A stretch of DNA of 62,881 bases, the filler included, from Craspedostauros australis (lineage: Eukaryota), in NCBI GenBank assembly GCA_030167865.1. It is 6 parts of 6 records of this genome, joined end to end, with 100 filler letters (N's around TTAATTAATTAA, not from the genome) between each part and the next. Parts side by side here need not be neighbours in the genome. Positions count along the whole stretch, not along the records: positions 28,876 to 38,712 come from JALAGF010004289.1; positions 38,813 to 48,747 come from JALAGF010004290.1; 4 more parts are not named here. One strand, written 5' to 3'. The notes beneath the pieces are model-generated. The model was not told where the DNA came from, made no database searches, and saw only the letters and a list, made by a program, of their open reading frames with translations. The translations under genes were made by a program, and so were the position numbers. How positions within the stretch are numbered: the stretch's first letter is position 1; each line of letters starts with the position of its first letter. Shown one piece after another: positions 36,901 to 47,484 of the stretch.

Positions 36901-38712
36901 CACATTCGATGGACGGAACAACGTCATGCTCTCGGGACGCGCATCCGGTCTCGACTCGAGGCTTGTTGTCGTGCAGCGTGGATCCAATAGCAACAACAAC
37001 AGCAACAGCAACAGTGGAAGCAAGTACAAATACAACCTCAAGAGCAACAGTGGTAGCGGCAGTGGCAGCAACGCCGGCATCGGAAGGAGCATCAGCAACA
37101 GCTTCAGCTTTCTCTCACAGGGATTCCTCAACATCTTCCGTCGCAACAACCACGATGGATCATCCAGCTCGTACAGCAGACAGAAGGACGAGTTCGTACA
37201 AGAGATGAGACTCCTATCCAAGCTCAGACATCCATGCATCACCACCGTCATGGGTGCTGTCATCGCCAAAGGACAAGAACCGACTCTCGTCATGGAGTAC
37301 ATGAGCCACGGATCATTGTACGACCTCCTCCACAACGAGACCATGCTGATGGATGGTGAGCTCATCCTCAACTTCCTGCGCGACATCGCATCAGGCGTGC
37401 GCTTCCTGCACTCCGCCGATCCGCAGGTCATCCACGGCGATCTCAAGTCAGCCAACGTGCTGGTGGACAGCAAGTTCCGAGCCAAGGTGGCAGACTTCGG
37501 CTTCTCCCATCGCAAGAAGAAGGGTGCGATGGGAACACCGTTCTTCATGGCACCCGAGCTGCTGAGGGGAGAGACATCCAACACCGCAGCATCCGACATG
37601 TACTCGCTGGGCATCATCCTGTACGAGCTGTACAGTCGGCGAGATCCGTACGAAGGAGAGAATGCGCTCGACGTCCTCCAACAGGTGTGCGACATCAAGA
37701 TCAACCGTCGACCACCAGTGCCTCCGGCGTGTCCACCGAAGGTATCGAAGCTGATGAAGTTCTTGATGGTGGCGGATCCTTCGTTGCGTCCCACAGCAGG
37801 CGAGTTTGACAACCGTCTGAAGGAGCTGACTGTCGAGAAGGTGGCACCGACGTACGTTGGAGGCCTTGCCACGGCCGGCATGGGCATCGGTGGAAATGTC
37901 GGCATGGGCAGCCTCGGCATGGGAAGCATGGGGAGTATGGGTTTGGGTATGAGAAGCGGAGGAGGTTTGAGACGATCCCTTCAAGGCATGAAGTCCGCAC
38001 CAGGCTTCGTGGTTCCTGCTGCTGCTGGCACTGTTGGCACTGCTGCTAGCATCGCGGGAACGAGCAGCATTGGTGCATCATCTCTGCCTCCTCTCACCCA
38101 CCAGCAACAGCAGCAGCAACAACAAGCTCACGGAATCCACCTCCTCTCGCAGATGTTCCCACCACACATCGCCAGAGTGCTTGAGAGAGGTGGACACCCA
38201 GAACCAGAATCACACGATGAGGTCACCATCTTCTTCTCTGACATCGTGGGCTTCACGAGCATCGCCTCTTCCTTCTCTCCCCTGAAGGTATCCGCCATGC
38301 TCAACCGTCTGTACCGCGCATTCGACGAGCTGACCCAGAAGCACGATCTGTTCAAGATCGAGACCATCGGTGATGCCTACATGTGCGCATCCAACCTGGC
38401 CAAGAAGCAGCCCGATGATCACGTCAAGCGCATCGCGAAGTTCGCCATGGAAGCAGTCCAGGCCGCCAGTCGCATCCCTGTGGACTCGGACGATCTGAGC
38501 AAGGGATACATCAAGATCCGAGGTGGCTTCCACACGGGTCCAGTGGTGAGCAGCGTGGTGGGGACGTTGAATCCTCGCTATGGAGTGTTCGGTGACACGG
38601 TGAATGTGGCAGCTCGCATGGAGGGAACATCGGAGAAGGGCAGGGTCCAGTGCTCTGAGCGCAGTGCGTTGTTGCTGATGACGCAGGATCCTCGCATTCC
38701 CGTGAGTCTTCG
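33914..38712 (+). CDS. Receptor kinase-cyclase paralogue B: signal peptide, PBP2 (phosphonate-binding/TtrS-like) ectodomain, Cys-rich and Ig-like segments, TM, split TKL kinase, guanylate/adenylate cyclase (3' end cut by gap; completed by 41887..41941)
   Basis: Ectodomain: DFFYTNP, FGGVIIARSD, DLKDK, AFGAGQ, DVGFIRTD, STPLYPEW. Kinase: GQGTFG, VAVK, HGDLKSAN, DFG, APE. Cyclase: FSDIVGFT, KIETIGDAYM, FGDTVNVAARME. Confidence 0.92.
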
Positions 38713-38812
38713 NNNNNNNNNNNNNNNNNNNNNNNNNNNNNNNNNNNNNNNNNNNNTTAATTAATTAANNNNNNNNNNNNNNNNNNNNNNNNNNNNNNNN
38801 NNNNNNNNNNNN
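38713..38812. other. Artificial 100-nt scaffold gap linker
   Basis: N-TTAATTAATTAA-N. Confidence 0.97.
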
Positions 38813-41800
38813 GTTAACAGCAACATCCATCACTTCACCGTCATGTCACGACAAGTCGGAAGCCTCATCCTCGAGATCTTCCTCGATGGAGAACAGATAC
38901 CAGAAAGCCCGCTCCGCATCCAGATCATCGAGCGAGACTGCTCTGTTGACTACAGCGACATACGACAACCCGATGCCGATGGTGTTTGCGTCTGCAACGA
39001 CGACGCAGTCGATCTCTTCGGCACATGCGTGCTACTCTCGATCCTCATCCCATCCATCCTGGTCCCCATGTTCCTTCTCTTCCTCATCGTGGTGATGTGG
39101 TACGTCGAGAAGAAGCGTCAAGAAGCCGACTCTGTGTGGGCCGTCAAGCCAGAGGAGCTGTTGTTCACCGATCCTCCTCAGGTCATTGGTCAGGGCACGT
39201 TCGGCTTCGTCCTTCTGGCGGAGTACCGAGGTACGCAGGTGGCAGTGAAGAGAGTGCTGGCACCACACAGCGAAGATCTGGTGCGTGCATCGTTTGGTGT
39301 CGATCATGATGGGAATGGTTCTGGCAGTCACACCAACGGTAATGGCAACGGCAATGCGCAGGAAGGTGGAACAGACTCATCTGACGAGGTGGAGCCGATT
39401 GGATCGAGTGCAGGCATGATGAACGGAGCAGCATCGGCATCGGCACCGGCACCAACAACCCTCAAGGCCAAGACTCTCAAATCGGGCATGTTCCATTCCG
39501 CATCTGGCATGTCGAGCAATGTCATGGTCGACATCACATCCACAAGCACAACGCACACCAACAGCAATATCAGGAGCAGCGTTGGTGATATCCATGACCA
39601 TCGATCCAGCTCGGCGGGCGATGGTTCTTTGCATCGTCCCTTCAATACAGCGCTCACCACTGCCACATCATCCACGATCAATGAGCGAGACATCGAGACA
39701 GACAGCGACTGCGATCTACCCCTCGACCTGCAGCTCGACAGAGATCTGGAGGCCAGTCACATTGAGAGCATTCGTCCCAAGAACAGATCCAGTGGCATGG
39801 CCTCCGGAATGGCATCAGCCACAGCATCAGCCACTGTGTCAGGGATGGGATCAAGTATGGGATCAGCTGTAGCATCAGGGATGGAGTCAGGCATGGCTTC
39901 GACTTCGCGCCGATCCACTAGATCGACCAGAACGCCCGCAGCCAAGACTTCCGCCGCCAGCATGCCACGCAAGCTATCCGCGACATTCTCAGGCAACATC
40001 GCAGGATCGAGATCTGGTTCTGGTTCTAGATCTGGATCTACTCGTGTCATCAACGGCAAGAGATCTGGAATGCGCACATTCGATGGACGGAACAACGTCA
40101 TGCTCTCGGGACGCGCATCCGGTCTCGACTCGAGGCTTGTTGTCGTGCAGCGTGGATCCAATAGCAACAACAACAGCAACAGCAACAGTGGAAGCAAGTA
40201 CAAATACAACCTCAAGAGCAACAGTGGTAGCGGCAGTGGCAGCAACGCCGGCATCGGAAGGAGCATCAGCAACAGCTTCAGCTTTCTCTCACAGGGATTC
40301 CTCAACATCTTCCGTCGCAACAACCACGATGGATCATCCAGCTCGTACAGCAGACAGAAGGACGAGTTCGTACAAGAGATGAGACTCCTATCCAAGCTCA
40401 GACATCCATGCATCACCACCGTCATGGGTGCTGTCATCGCCAAAGGACAAGAACCGACTCTCGTCATGGAGTACATGAGCCACGGATCATTGTACGACCT
40501 CCTCCACAACGAGACCATGCTGATGGATGGTGAGCTCATCCTCAACTTCCTGCGCGACATCGCATCAGGCGTGCGCTTCCTGCACTCCGCCGATCCGCAG
40601 GTCATCCACGGCGATCTCAAGTCAGCCAACGTGCTGGTGGACAGCAAGTTCCGAGCCAAGGTGGCAGACTTCGGCTTCTCCCATCGCAAGAAGAAGGGTG
40701 CGATGGGAACACCGTTCTTCATGGCACCCGAGCTGCTGAGGGGAGAGACATCCAACACCGCAGCATCCGACATGTACTCGCTGGGCATCATCCTGTACGA
40801 GCTGTACAGTCGGCGAGATCCGTACGAAGGAGAGAATGCGCTCGACGTCCTCCAACAGGTGTGCGACATCAAGATCAACCGTCGACCACCAGTGCCTCCG
40901 GCGTGTCCACCGAAGGTATCGAAGCTGATGAAGTTCTTGATGGTGGCGGATCCTTCGTTGCGTCCCACAGCAGGCGAGTTTGACAACCGTCTGAAGGAGC
41001 TGACTGTCGAGAAGGTGGCACCGACGTACGTTGGAGGCCTTGCCACGGCCGGCATGGGCATCGGTGGAAATGTCGGCATGGGCAGCCTCGGCATGGGAAG
41101 CATGGGGAGTATGGGTTTGGGTATGAGAAGCGGAGGAGGTTTGAGACGATCCCTTCAAGGCATGAAGTCCGCACCAGGCTTCGTGGTTCCTGCTGCTGCT
41201 GGCACTGTTGGCACTGCTGCTAGCATCGCGGGAACGAGCAGCATTGGTGCATCATCTCTGCCTCCTCTCACCCACCAGCAACAGCAGCAGCAACAACAAG
41301 CTCACGGAATCCACCTCCTCTCGCAGATGTTCCCACCACACATCGCCAGAGTGCTTGAGAGAGGTGGACACCCAGAACCAGAATCACACGATGAGGTCAC
41401 CATCTTCTTCTCTGACATCGTGGGCTTCACGAGCATCGCCTCTTCCTTCTCTCCCCTGAAGGTATCCGCCATGCTCAACCGTCTGTACCGCGCATTCGAC
41501 GAGCTGACCCAGAAGCACGATCTGTTCAAGATCGAGACCATCGGTGATGCCTACATGTGCGCATCCAACCTGGCCAAGAAGCAGCCCGATGATCACGTCA
41601 AGCGCATCGCGAAGTTCGCCATGGAAGCAGTCCAGGCCGCCAGTCGCATCCCTGTGGACTCGGACGATCTGAGCAAGGGATACATCAAGATCCGAGGTGG
41701 CTTCCACACGGGTCCAGTGGTGAGCAGCGTGGTGGGGACGTTGAATCCTCGCTATGGAGTGTTCGGTGACACGGTGAATGTGGCAGCTCGCATGGAGGGA

Positions 41801-41941
41801 ACATCGGAGAAGGGCAGGGTCCAGTGCTCTGAGCGCAGTGCGTTGTTGCTGATGACGCAGGATCCTCGCATTCCCGTGAGTCTTCGTGGCGAGATCTCGA
41901 TCAAGGGTAAAGGTTCGATGACGACGTACTGGGTGAAATGA
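38813..41941 (+). CDS. Redundantly assembled 3' part of the receptor kinase-cyclase (probably the true end of paralogue B)
   Basis: 38813..41886 matches 35639..38712 and starts at the same base as the copy at 28876; distinct end GEISIKGKG...WVK, TGA. Confidence 0.8.
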   Translation, partial: VNSNIHHFTVMSRQVGSLILEIFLDGEQIPESPLRIQIIERDCSVDYSDIRQPDADGVCVCNDDAVDLFGTCVLLSILIPSILVPMFLLFLIVVMWYVEKKRQEADSVWAVKPEELLFTDPPQVIGQGTFGFVLLAEYRGTQVAVKRVLAPHSEDLVRASFGVDHDGNGSGSHTNGNGNGNAQEGGTDSSDEVEPIGSSAGMMNGAASASAPAPTTLKAKTLKSGMFHSASGMSSNVMVDITSTSTTHTNSNIRSSVGDIHDHRSSSAGDGSLHRPFNTALTTATSSTINERDIETDSDCDLPLDLQLDRDLEASHIESIRPKNRSSGMASGMASATASATVSGMGSSMGSAVASGMESGMASTSRRSTRSTRTPAAKTSAASMPRKLSATFSGNIAGSRSGSGSRSGSTRVINGKRSGMRTFDGRNNVMLSGRASGLDSRLVVVQRGSNSNNNSNSNSGSKYKYNLKSNSGSGSGSNAGIGRSISNSFSFLSQGFLNIFRRNNHDGSSSSYSRQKDEFVQEMRLLSKLRHPCITTVMGAVIAKGQEPTLVMEYMSHGSLYDLLHNETMLMDGELILNFLRDIASGVRFLHSADPQVIHGDLKSANVLVDSKFRAKVADFGFSHRKKKGAMGTPFFMAPELLRGETSNTAASDMYSLGIILYELYSRRDPYEGENALDVLQQVCDIKINRRPPVPPACPPKVSKLMKFLMVADPSLRPTAGEFDNRLKELTVEKVAPTYVGGLATAGMGIGGNVGMGSLGMGSMGSMGLGMRSGGGLRRSLQGMKSAPGFVVPAAAGTVGTAASIAGTSSIGASSLPPLTHQQQQQQQQAHGIHLLSQMFPPHIARVLERGGHPEPESHDEVTIFFSDIVGFTSIASSFSPLKVSAMLNRLYRAFDELTQKHDLFKIETIGDAYMCASNLAKKQPDDHVKRIAKFAMEAVQAASRIPVDSDDLSKGYIKIRGGFHTGPVVSSVVGTLNPRYGVFGDTVNVAARMEGTSEKGRVQCSERSALLLMTQDPRIPVSLRGEISIKGKGSMTTYWVK

Positions 41942-42067
41942 GCGAAACATACAACTATGACATACGGGTACCATACAATTTAGGAACATTTTGCACGTGT
42001 TTTGTATAATACTTGTCATTCCGTGACGACTCGGTTCTGTTCTAATCCTCATCTATGATAGAGTACA

Positions 42068-43192
42068 CTAATCCTGCTTGTCATCACTGCCGTACGATTC
42101 CTTTAGCTTGATTCTGAATTCCAGAACCTTCGTTAGATTTGGATCGTCCTTCGCCATGCCCAGCATCATCTTATCCTCCTCCAGCGTCGTCGACCAGCCA
42201 TCCAGACTGCTGATGGTCTCGTCGCTCTCCTTTTTCAGCATCAATCGATCGATTTCATTCGAGGATGGCACGAACCCGTAGTTCATGAATAGTTCCGCCG
42301 ATGACATGACGCCCGATCCGTACGCCAGCACAACCTCCTTGCCAGCAGCGATCGGCCGCGTTGCCTCCAGCGCGAACCACGCATCGTCCTTCTCTGGGTC
42401 GATGAGAGTCATCTTCACATTGGGCTGATCGGAGTTGTGATTCCCCATGTCAATGAAAGGCACAAGGACGCTGATCTTCTTTTCATCGCCGGACTTCGTC
42501 ACGACCTGTCCTCGATCGTCCGTGTAGATTGATCCGGCATCTTCATCGGCCGCGGCCATGGTGATGGAGAAGGAACGCGACGATACCAGCCACGTGGCGT
42601 ACTGCAGTTCGTCGTAGTCGATGCCGCGTTCTTCCGATACCTTCTTCACCGCTGCCTTGCGTTCCTTGGCCTGCCGGATGAGTCGGGGGAACTCCAGCAA
42701 TTCCAATTCTTCATCGTTGAAGAAATCTGGGGTCGACGCGAAGTTGGTATCACCGAACTGCGGCAAGCTCTCCAGGTACGGTGCCCACATCTTCTTGGCT
42801 TGCGCATTGTTGGCGTACATCTCCAGATAGTTGGCACCGGCATGCGCCAACGTCGGGACGTCCTCTCCCTTCTGGGCTGGATCCGACAAGGCCAATGCGC
42901 AATCGGATGGAATTTGGCAGATCATCTGTCCCTTCTTGATCTTTTTGGTGGCGAAGAGACCACGCACGCTGGTTTCGTCATGCACGCCGATTTCCACATT
43001 CTTGAGTCCTTTGGAACCGCTGGCCTTGAGGAATTTGATCAGCGCTTCCGTGGGTGCGGATGTGTCGGGCGTGTGCACGAACGTTGGCTTGTTCGACGCA
43101 CCGAACCCGCCAGCCAAGGCGTTGACGGTGGTCGTCGGCGTTCCACACAGCGCAGCCAAGAGTGTCGCTGACAATGACAGGGATAGCTTCAT
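42068..43192 (-). CDS. SET-domain lysine methyltransferase (Rubisco LSMT-like) with N-terminal signal peptide, probably plastid-targeted
   Basis: RGLFATKKI, WAPYLESLP, WLVSSRSF, LVPFIDMGNH, LAYG...LFMNYGF; hydrophobic leader MKLSLSLSATLLAALC...VNA-L. Confidence 0.9.
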   Translation of the reverse strand: MKLSLSLSATLLAALCGTPTTTVNALAGGFGASNKPTFVHTPDTSAPTEALIKFLKASGSKGLKNVEIGVHDETSVRGLFATKKIKKGQMICQIPSDCALALSDPAQKGEDVPTLAHAGANYLEMYANNAQAKKMWAPYLESLPQFGDTNFASTPDFFNDEELELLEFPRLIRQAKERKAAVKKVSEERGIDYDELQYATWLVSSRSFSITMAAADEDAGSIYTDDRGQVVTKSGDEKKISVLVPFIDMGNHNSDQPNVKMTLIDPEKDDAWFALEATRPIAAGKEVVLAYGSGVMSSAELFMNYGFVPSSNEIDRLMLKKESDETISSLDGWSTTLEEDKMMLGMAKDDPNLTKVLEFRIKLKESYGSDDKQD

Positions 43193-44667
43193 GACGATGG
43201 TGTTGATGATGGAACTTGTGCTCTCTGAGGAAAGTAGTTAGAAAGCGAGATGAGACCCGATTGCGATGATGGGTGGATGATGGTTGGTGTACGACTATGT
43301 GTGTGTGTTCGTGTGCGTGCGACAACACATGATGCGCAATTCGAAGTGACAAGAGGGACGTGTGGTTGCGGTTGTTTCTGCGACAGATCGTTGATTTGTG
43401 ACGGGCATCAAGTCTGGACATCACAAATGGTCCAGACACGATCTTAGGAAGCACAACCGACAAATCATGATGAATGGTCTAAACATGACTGAGAATTCTT
43501 CTGGTTGCGATGTGTGGATTCGGTGGACGAAGCAAGTGCTCTCACATGATCCGATGCTTGTATGCAGGTAATCAGACGCTACGATCATGGCAAATATGGC
43601 AAGCACAGGTCGTTCAATCAGCCCAAGATGCAACGAAAGGAGCAGGACACGCACAACCATAGCTCAGACAGAAACGAGAGACAAGTTCAGTCTCCAGTTT
43701 TCAGAAATGACAGTGAAGAGATTTGTGCTTTTGAAGGAATGTGGCTTTCTCCTTCATCTCGCGTTGCCATGATGTAGTGAAGGCGACATATTCTCTCAAC
43801 TTTGCGGATGCTGTTTTCTGTCATCATACCATGTTCTATTAGAACGTCGACGTGAACAACATCAATCGAACGACTCCTCGTTTTATCTAGGTTGCATGTA
43901 CATAGTTTGTGGTGAACAGTTTCCTGTCGAATTCGATTGGACGAGCAGAAAATTCCAAATTCTGAATTCCGTTCAACCAAGAATTCTCCGAAAAATGGCG
44001 CCATGGCGCTTCTGATTGGTCAGCAGCGTTGCACATGCCAGATGGTCATCAGAACGTCAAAGACAGGCATCACGTTTTTCCCAGAACTTGTTTCTTCCTT
44101 CGCTGGCACCAATGCCATTGATGGCACGAGCCCATCACCACCAACCACAACCAATCCCAGAAAAGGACATCGACATCATTGGGGTGTGCCACTTTGGACA
44201 GAGCCAGACAGAATACAGAAAGAACGAGGGATGCATCGAAGGCGCCATCGACACAGACGAGTCTTCGCCTCTACTGCCGATTCAGCCATGGTCGCCGCGG
44301 AGCTGTCGCCAAAGTGACCCTCCAACCCAACCATTCCAAACCCAGCCCAACACCGTTGCAACATTCTCGGCCACTCTCATTTCTTCTGTTGGTCATTCAT
44401 TGTTTGTGCAGACTAGCTCGTATTCTACTTGTTCCTTGATCCATCCACCCACGCAATCAATCGATCAATCAACCAATCAACCAATCATCCATTCATCATC
44501 TGATCTCCATCTCTACCACAGAACAAAAAGGTGTTCTTTTCTTCAGACCAGGCAGTAAAGCAACAGACTGCACCAATAGCTACGAGTGCAGCTGTGTTCT
44601 GCTCCACCATTCTTCGCACACGTCGCCTGGATCCCATCAATTCAAGCATTGGCTTCAACTCATCACC

Positions 44668-45339
44668 ATGATCGTCCGAATCAAAGTCGGCGCCTCCTAC
44701 GCAGCCACACACAGGCCACGCACGGTCTCATCCAAGATCCTCAGCATTGTTGTGCTCATGGCATTGTCAGCTACGATCAATCCGTCATCATCAACATCTC
44801 GATTCGTTCAAGCCTTCCCCATCAAACCAAAGTCATCCAATGACCGAACGGCATCAGCATCTAGGAAACTGTGTTCCTCGCCATCTTTATCCTCATCCTC
44901 ACCATCAACGGCAACAACAACAACGACGACGAAGTCCACGTCCCTGCACTCAGTGAGCTCGTCCGCCAAAGACTACGACGGCGACGACTACGACGATTTC
45001 CGCCTCCACGATCCGCCAAGCCTCGATGCCACAACACCCTCCAGCGACAAGTGCGCGAGCGACCTGAAGAAACGACTGGCGGAGCTCAGCGAAGGCATCG
45101 GCAAACGATTTGTGGCGCATGCATTGGTGACGCAAAATCGCATGCACCAGCAAGACAACGAAACGTGCCGCGTCCCCGTCTACGATCAGCCCGACGGCAA
45201 GGTCATTGGACACTTGAAGGAAGGTCAGGTGGTGCTGACGACCGCGCCTCGCAAGGGACCGTGGATTCGTCATGATGGCGGTGGTTGGACACTGTCCGTG
45301 CAGAATGGGTTCCGCTACTTGCAGCCCGTCAACGAGTAG
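44668..45339 (+). CDS. Hypothetical protein with a bipartite-like presequence (VQA-FP) and a C-terminal SH3b-like segment
   Basis: Hydrophobic stretch, AFP motif and S/T-rich transit-like region; C-terminal VPVYDQPDGKVIGHLKEGQVV...GPWIRHDGGGW. Confidence 0.7.
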   Translation: MIVRIKVGASYAATHRPRTVSSKILSIVVLMALSATINPSSSTSRFVQAFPIKPKSSNDRTASASRKLCSSPSLSSSSPSTATTTTTTKSTSLHSVSSSAKDYDGDDYDDFRLHDPPSLDATTPSSDKCASDLKKRLAELSEGIGKRFVAHALVTQNRMHQQDNETCRVPVYDQPDGKVIGHLKEGQVVLTTAPRKGPWIRHDGGGWTLSVQNGFRYLQPVNE

Positions 45340-45697
45340 CGCGCATCGACTCTATCCTCCGGATGCGCGTCATCCATACGTGAGGCGATGGCCGAGTGCG
45401 CACCAAACCAAACTGTCGACACGGTGAACAAACCAAAATGCAAAGATGAGACGAAACCACTGAGAGTGGAGCACCGAATGACGGCATCTGCAGAATACAT
45501 ACACTACAAAAATAGTCTGATACCATAGATGTACCTGGCGCACTTCTGCCCCCAAGATGTTCTTTGTCTCATTGCTTTTGCGGCTGTAATTGTTGCCATC
45601 CGTGAGTTTCTATTTGGGGCAAAATGATATTATATCTTTTGCAGTTGGCGGGGACAGAACGTAGCTTGGCTCGCTTCATTTGTGGCTGTTCCTCTCT

Positions 45698-47152
45698 TCA
45701 ACATGAATGCAACAAGGCCGGGCCTTTCAATAAATGGTATCGAAGGTCCGCCTCATGACATCCCCCATGCGATTTCAAGGCGACCTTCGTCGCACGTTCC
45801 AAGATATGCGGCCACAGTCCCAACGGCACGTTGGACGATCGCAGCAACCGCCGCCCGGCCTGATTCAGAGAGACGTAGAATTGAATGTTCGCAAAGAGCG
45901 GCACGCTGTAATCCAGATTCAACACGTGCACCTGCATGGCGTTTTGCATGGCATGGTGCAAGGCCGAGGCACCTGGCAAACCAAAGGCATTGCCAAATAG
46001 CATGAGCTCTTGCAGGTTGGAATGCGGCAATCGTGCCGCGAGAGCGCTGATACCGTCATCGCTGATCCTGTTGGAACGCAGGTCCAGCACGCGCAGGCAG
46101 CGTGGCCAACCGTCGGCGATCGTGGCGGCATCCGCGTTCGTCAACTTGTTGAAGGAGAGATTCAGCGTTTCGAGTTTGGGCGCAATGTTTTGGAGGTTGC
46201 GCAGAATGTTATCGATCGGCAACCGTCCGGCGCGTTCTGGCTGCTGGTAGTGCAATTCGAGCTTGGTGAGGTGCGGGAAGGTGGCGTCGGCAAAGGCTTG
46301 GGCCGTTTGGTCGTCGCCGTGATTACGAAGGAGGTTGATACGATTCAACGTGGGGTGGTTCGTCAACCCGTCCCGCAGGAAGATGGACACGACCGCATCT
46401 TCCATCTTGCAACCCGGAAAGTGGATGGATGTTATGGATCTGTTGGCGTGGCAGCCTTGGGAGATTTGCTTGGCGGCCACTTTGGAAATAGTGCAATGGT
46501 TGAAGAAGAGGCGTTTCAGATTCGTGGAATTGGCCAGCGCATCTGCGAACGCGATGAGACCGATTGAGGGAGCTTCGTCCTCGGCATCATCGCTTGTGCT
46601 TGCAACATCCGTGTCAGGTTCTCCTCCTTCGTGAGCCGGCATATTTTCTTCCGCAATATCCAACGCATCCAGAGAGGACGTCGTTGACAGCACGGTCGCG
46701 AGCCATTGCAGAGTCTGATCATCCATCGCGCACTTGGTCAGGACGAGATGCTGCACGTGGAAGGCCGGTGCTGTCGTCTCATCTTGGGCAACGCTCGTGG
46801 TTTGCAGCATGTGCAGATTGGAGCAGGACCGCAACGCCAATGCCTTCCAGCAGTGATCTCGAGCCAACAGCCTCGACAGCGCCAGCGCCGTATCATCCCG
46901 AAAGCAGATGTCGCACAGCGTGAGGGAATGCAAGGCTGAGATGGGTTGATCCGGAAGATTCTGATGTTTCCAAGCGTAATCCAACAGTCCGATGACGTGA
47001 TCATTTGTCAGGTTGCCCCGGAAGAAGAAGTTTCCGATCTTCAGGTGCTTGTACGAAGCGGGGTTGGTGTCGATGGCATTCTTCACGTATCGGACGTAGT
47101 CGTCCACCGAGTGGTTAGGCAATGGGATTGCGTATGACAGATTGTTATTCAT
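45698..47152 (-). CDS. RNI-like leucine-rich repeat protein (diatom-expanded family)
   Basis: LxxLxLxxNxI repeats (LETLNLSFNKLT, LRVLDLRSNRIS, LQELMLFGNAFG); C-terminal LNQAGRRLL...PLGLWPHILERA...YHLLK. Confidence 0.9.
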   Translation of the reverse strand: MNNNLSYAIPLPNHSVDDYVRYVKNAIDTNPASYKHLKIGNFFFRGNLTNDHVIGLLDYAWKHQNLPDQPISALHSLTLCDICFRDDTALALSRLLARDHCWKALALRSCSNLHMLQTTSVAQDETTAPAFHVQHLVLTKCAMDDQTLQWLATVLSTTSSLDALDIAEENMPAHEGGEPDTDVASTSDDAEDEAPSIGLIAFADALANSTNLKRLFFNHCTISKVAAKQISQGCHANRSITSIHFPGCKMEDAVVSIFLRDGLTNHPTLNRINLLRNHGDDQTAQAFADATFPHLTKLELHYQQPERAGRLPIDNILRNLQNIAPKLETLNLSFNKLTNADAATIADGWPRCLRVLDLRSNRISDDGISALAARLPHSNLQELMLFGNAFGLPGASALHHAMQNAMQVHVLNLDYSVPLFANIQFYVSLNQAGRRLLRSSNVPLGLWPHILERATKVALKSHGGCHEADLRYHLLKGPALLHSC

Positions 47153-47484
47153 ATTTTGGGATGAAGAAGAAGATGGCGGTAACGCTGATGATAGTGATGA
47201 TGATGAAGGTGCGATGAGGTATGATGATGTCTGTTCTCATGTTCGCAGTTCGGCAACGATGTGCTTGAAGAGGACCTCCAACGGACGTCTCCGGAGAACG
47301 CTCGACGTCTGCCACGAAGACAGTATCTTGACTCGATTAGTGACTGAGACACTGTAGAAGACACAAGCGAAGCTAGAGTTTACATTGTCGTCACAAAGTG
47401 CTCTGCTTTGCCAGCACAAAATATGAAAATGGTGGTAGGGTACGCATTAGAGCATGCTAGTATGCGTGGCTGTGTATGTGATGA

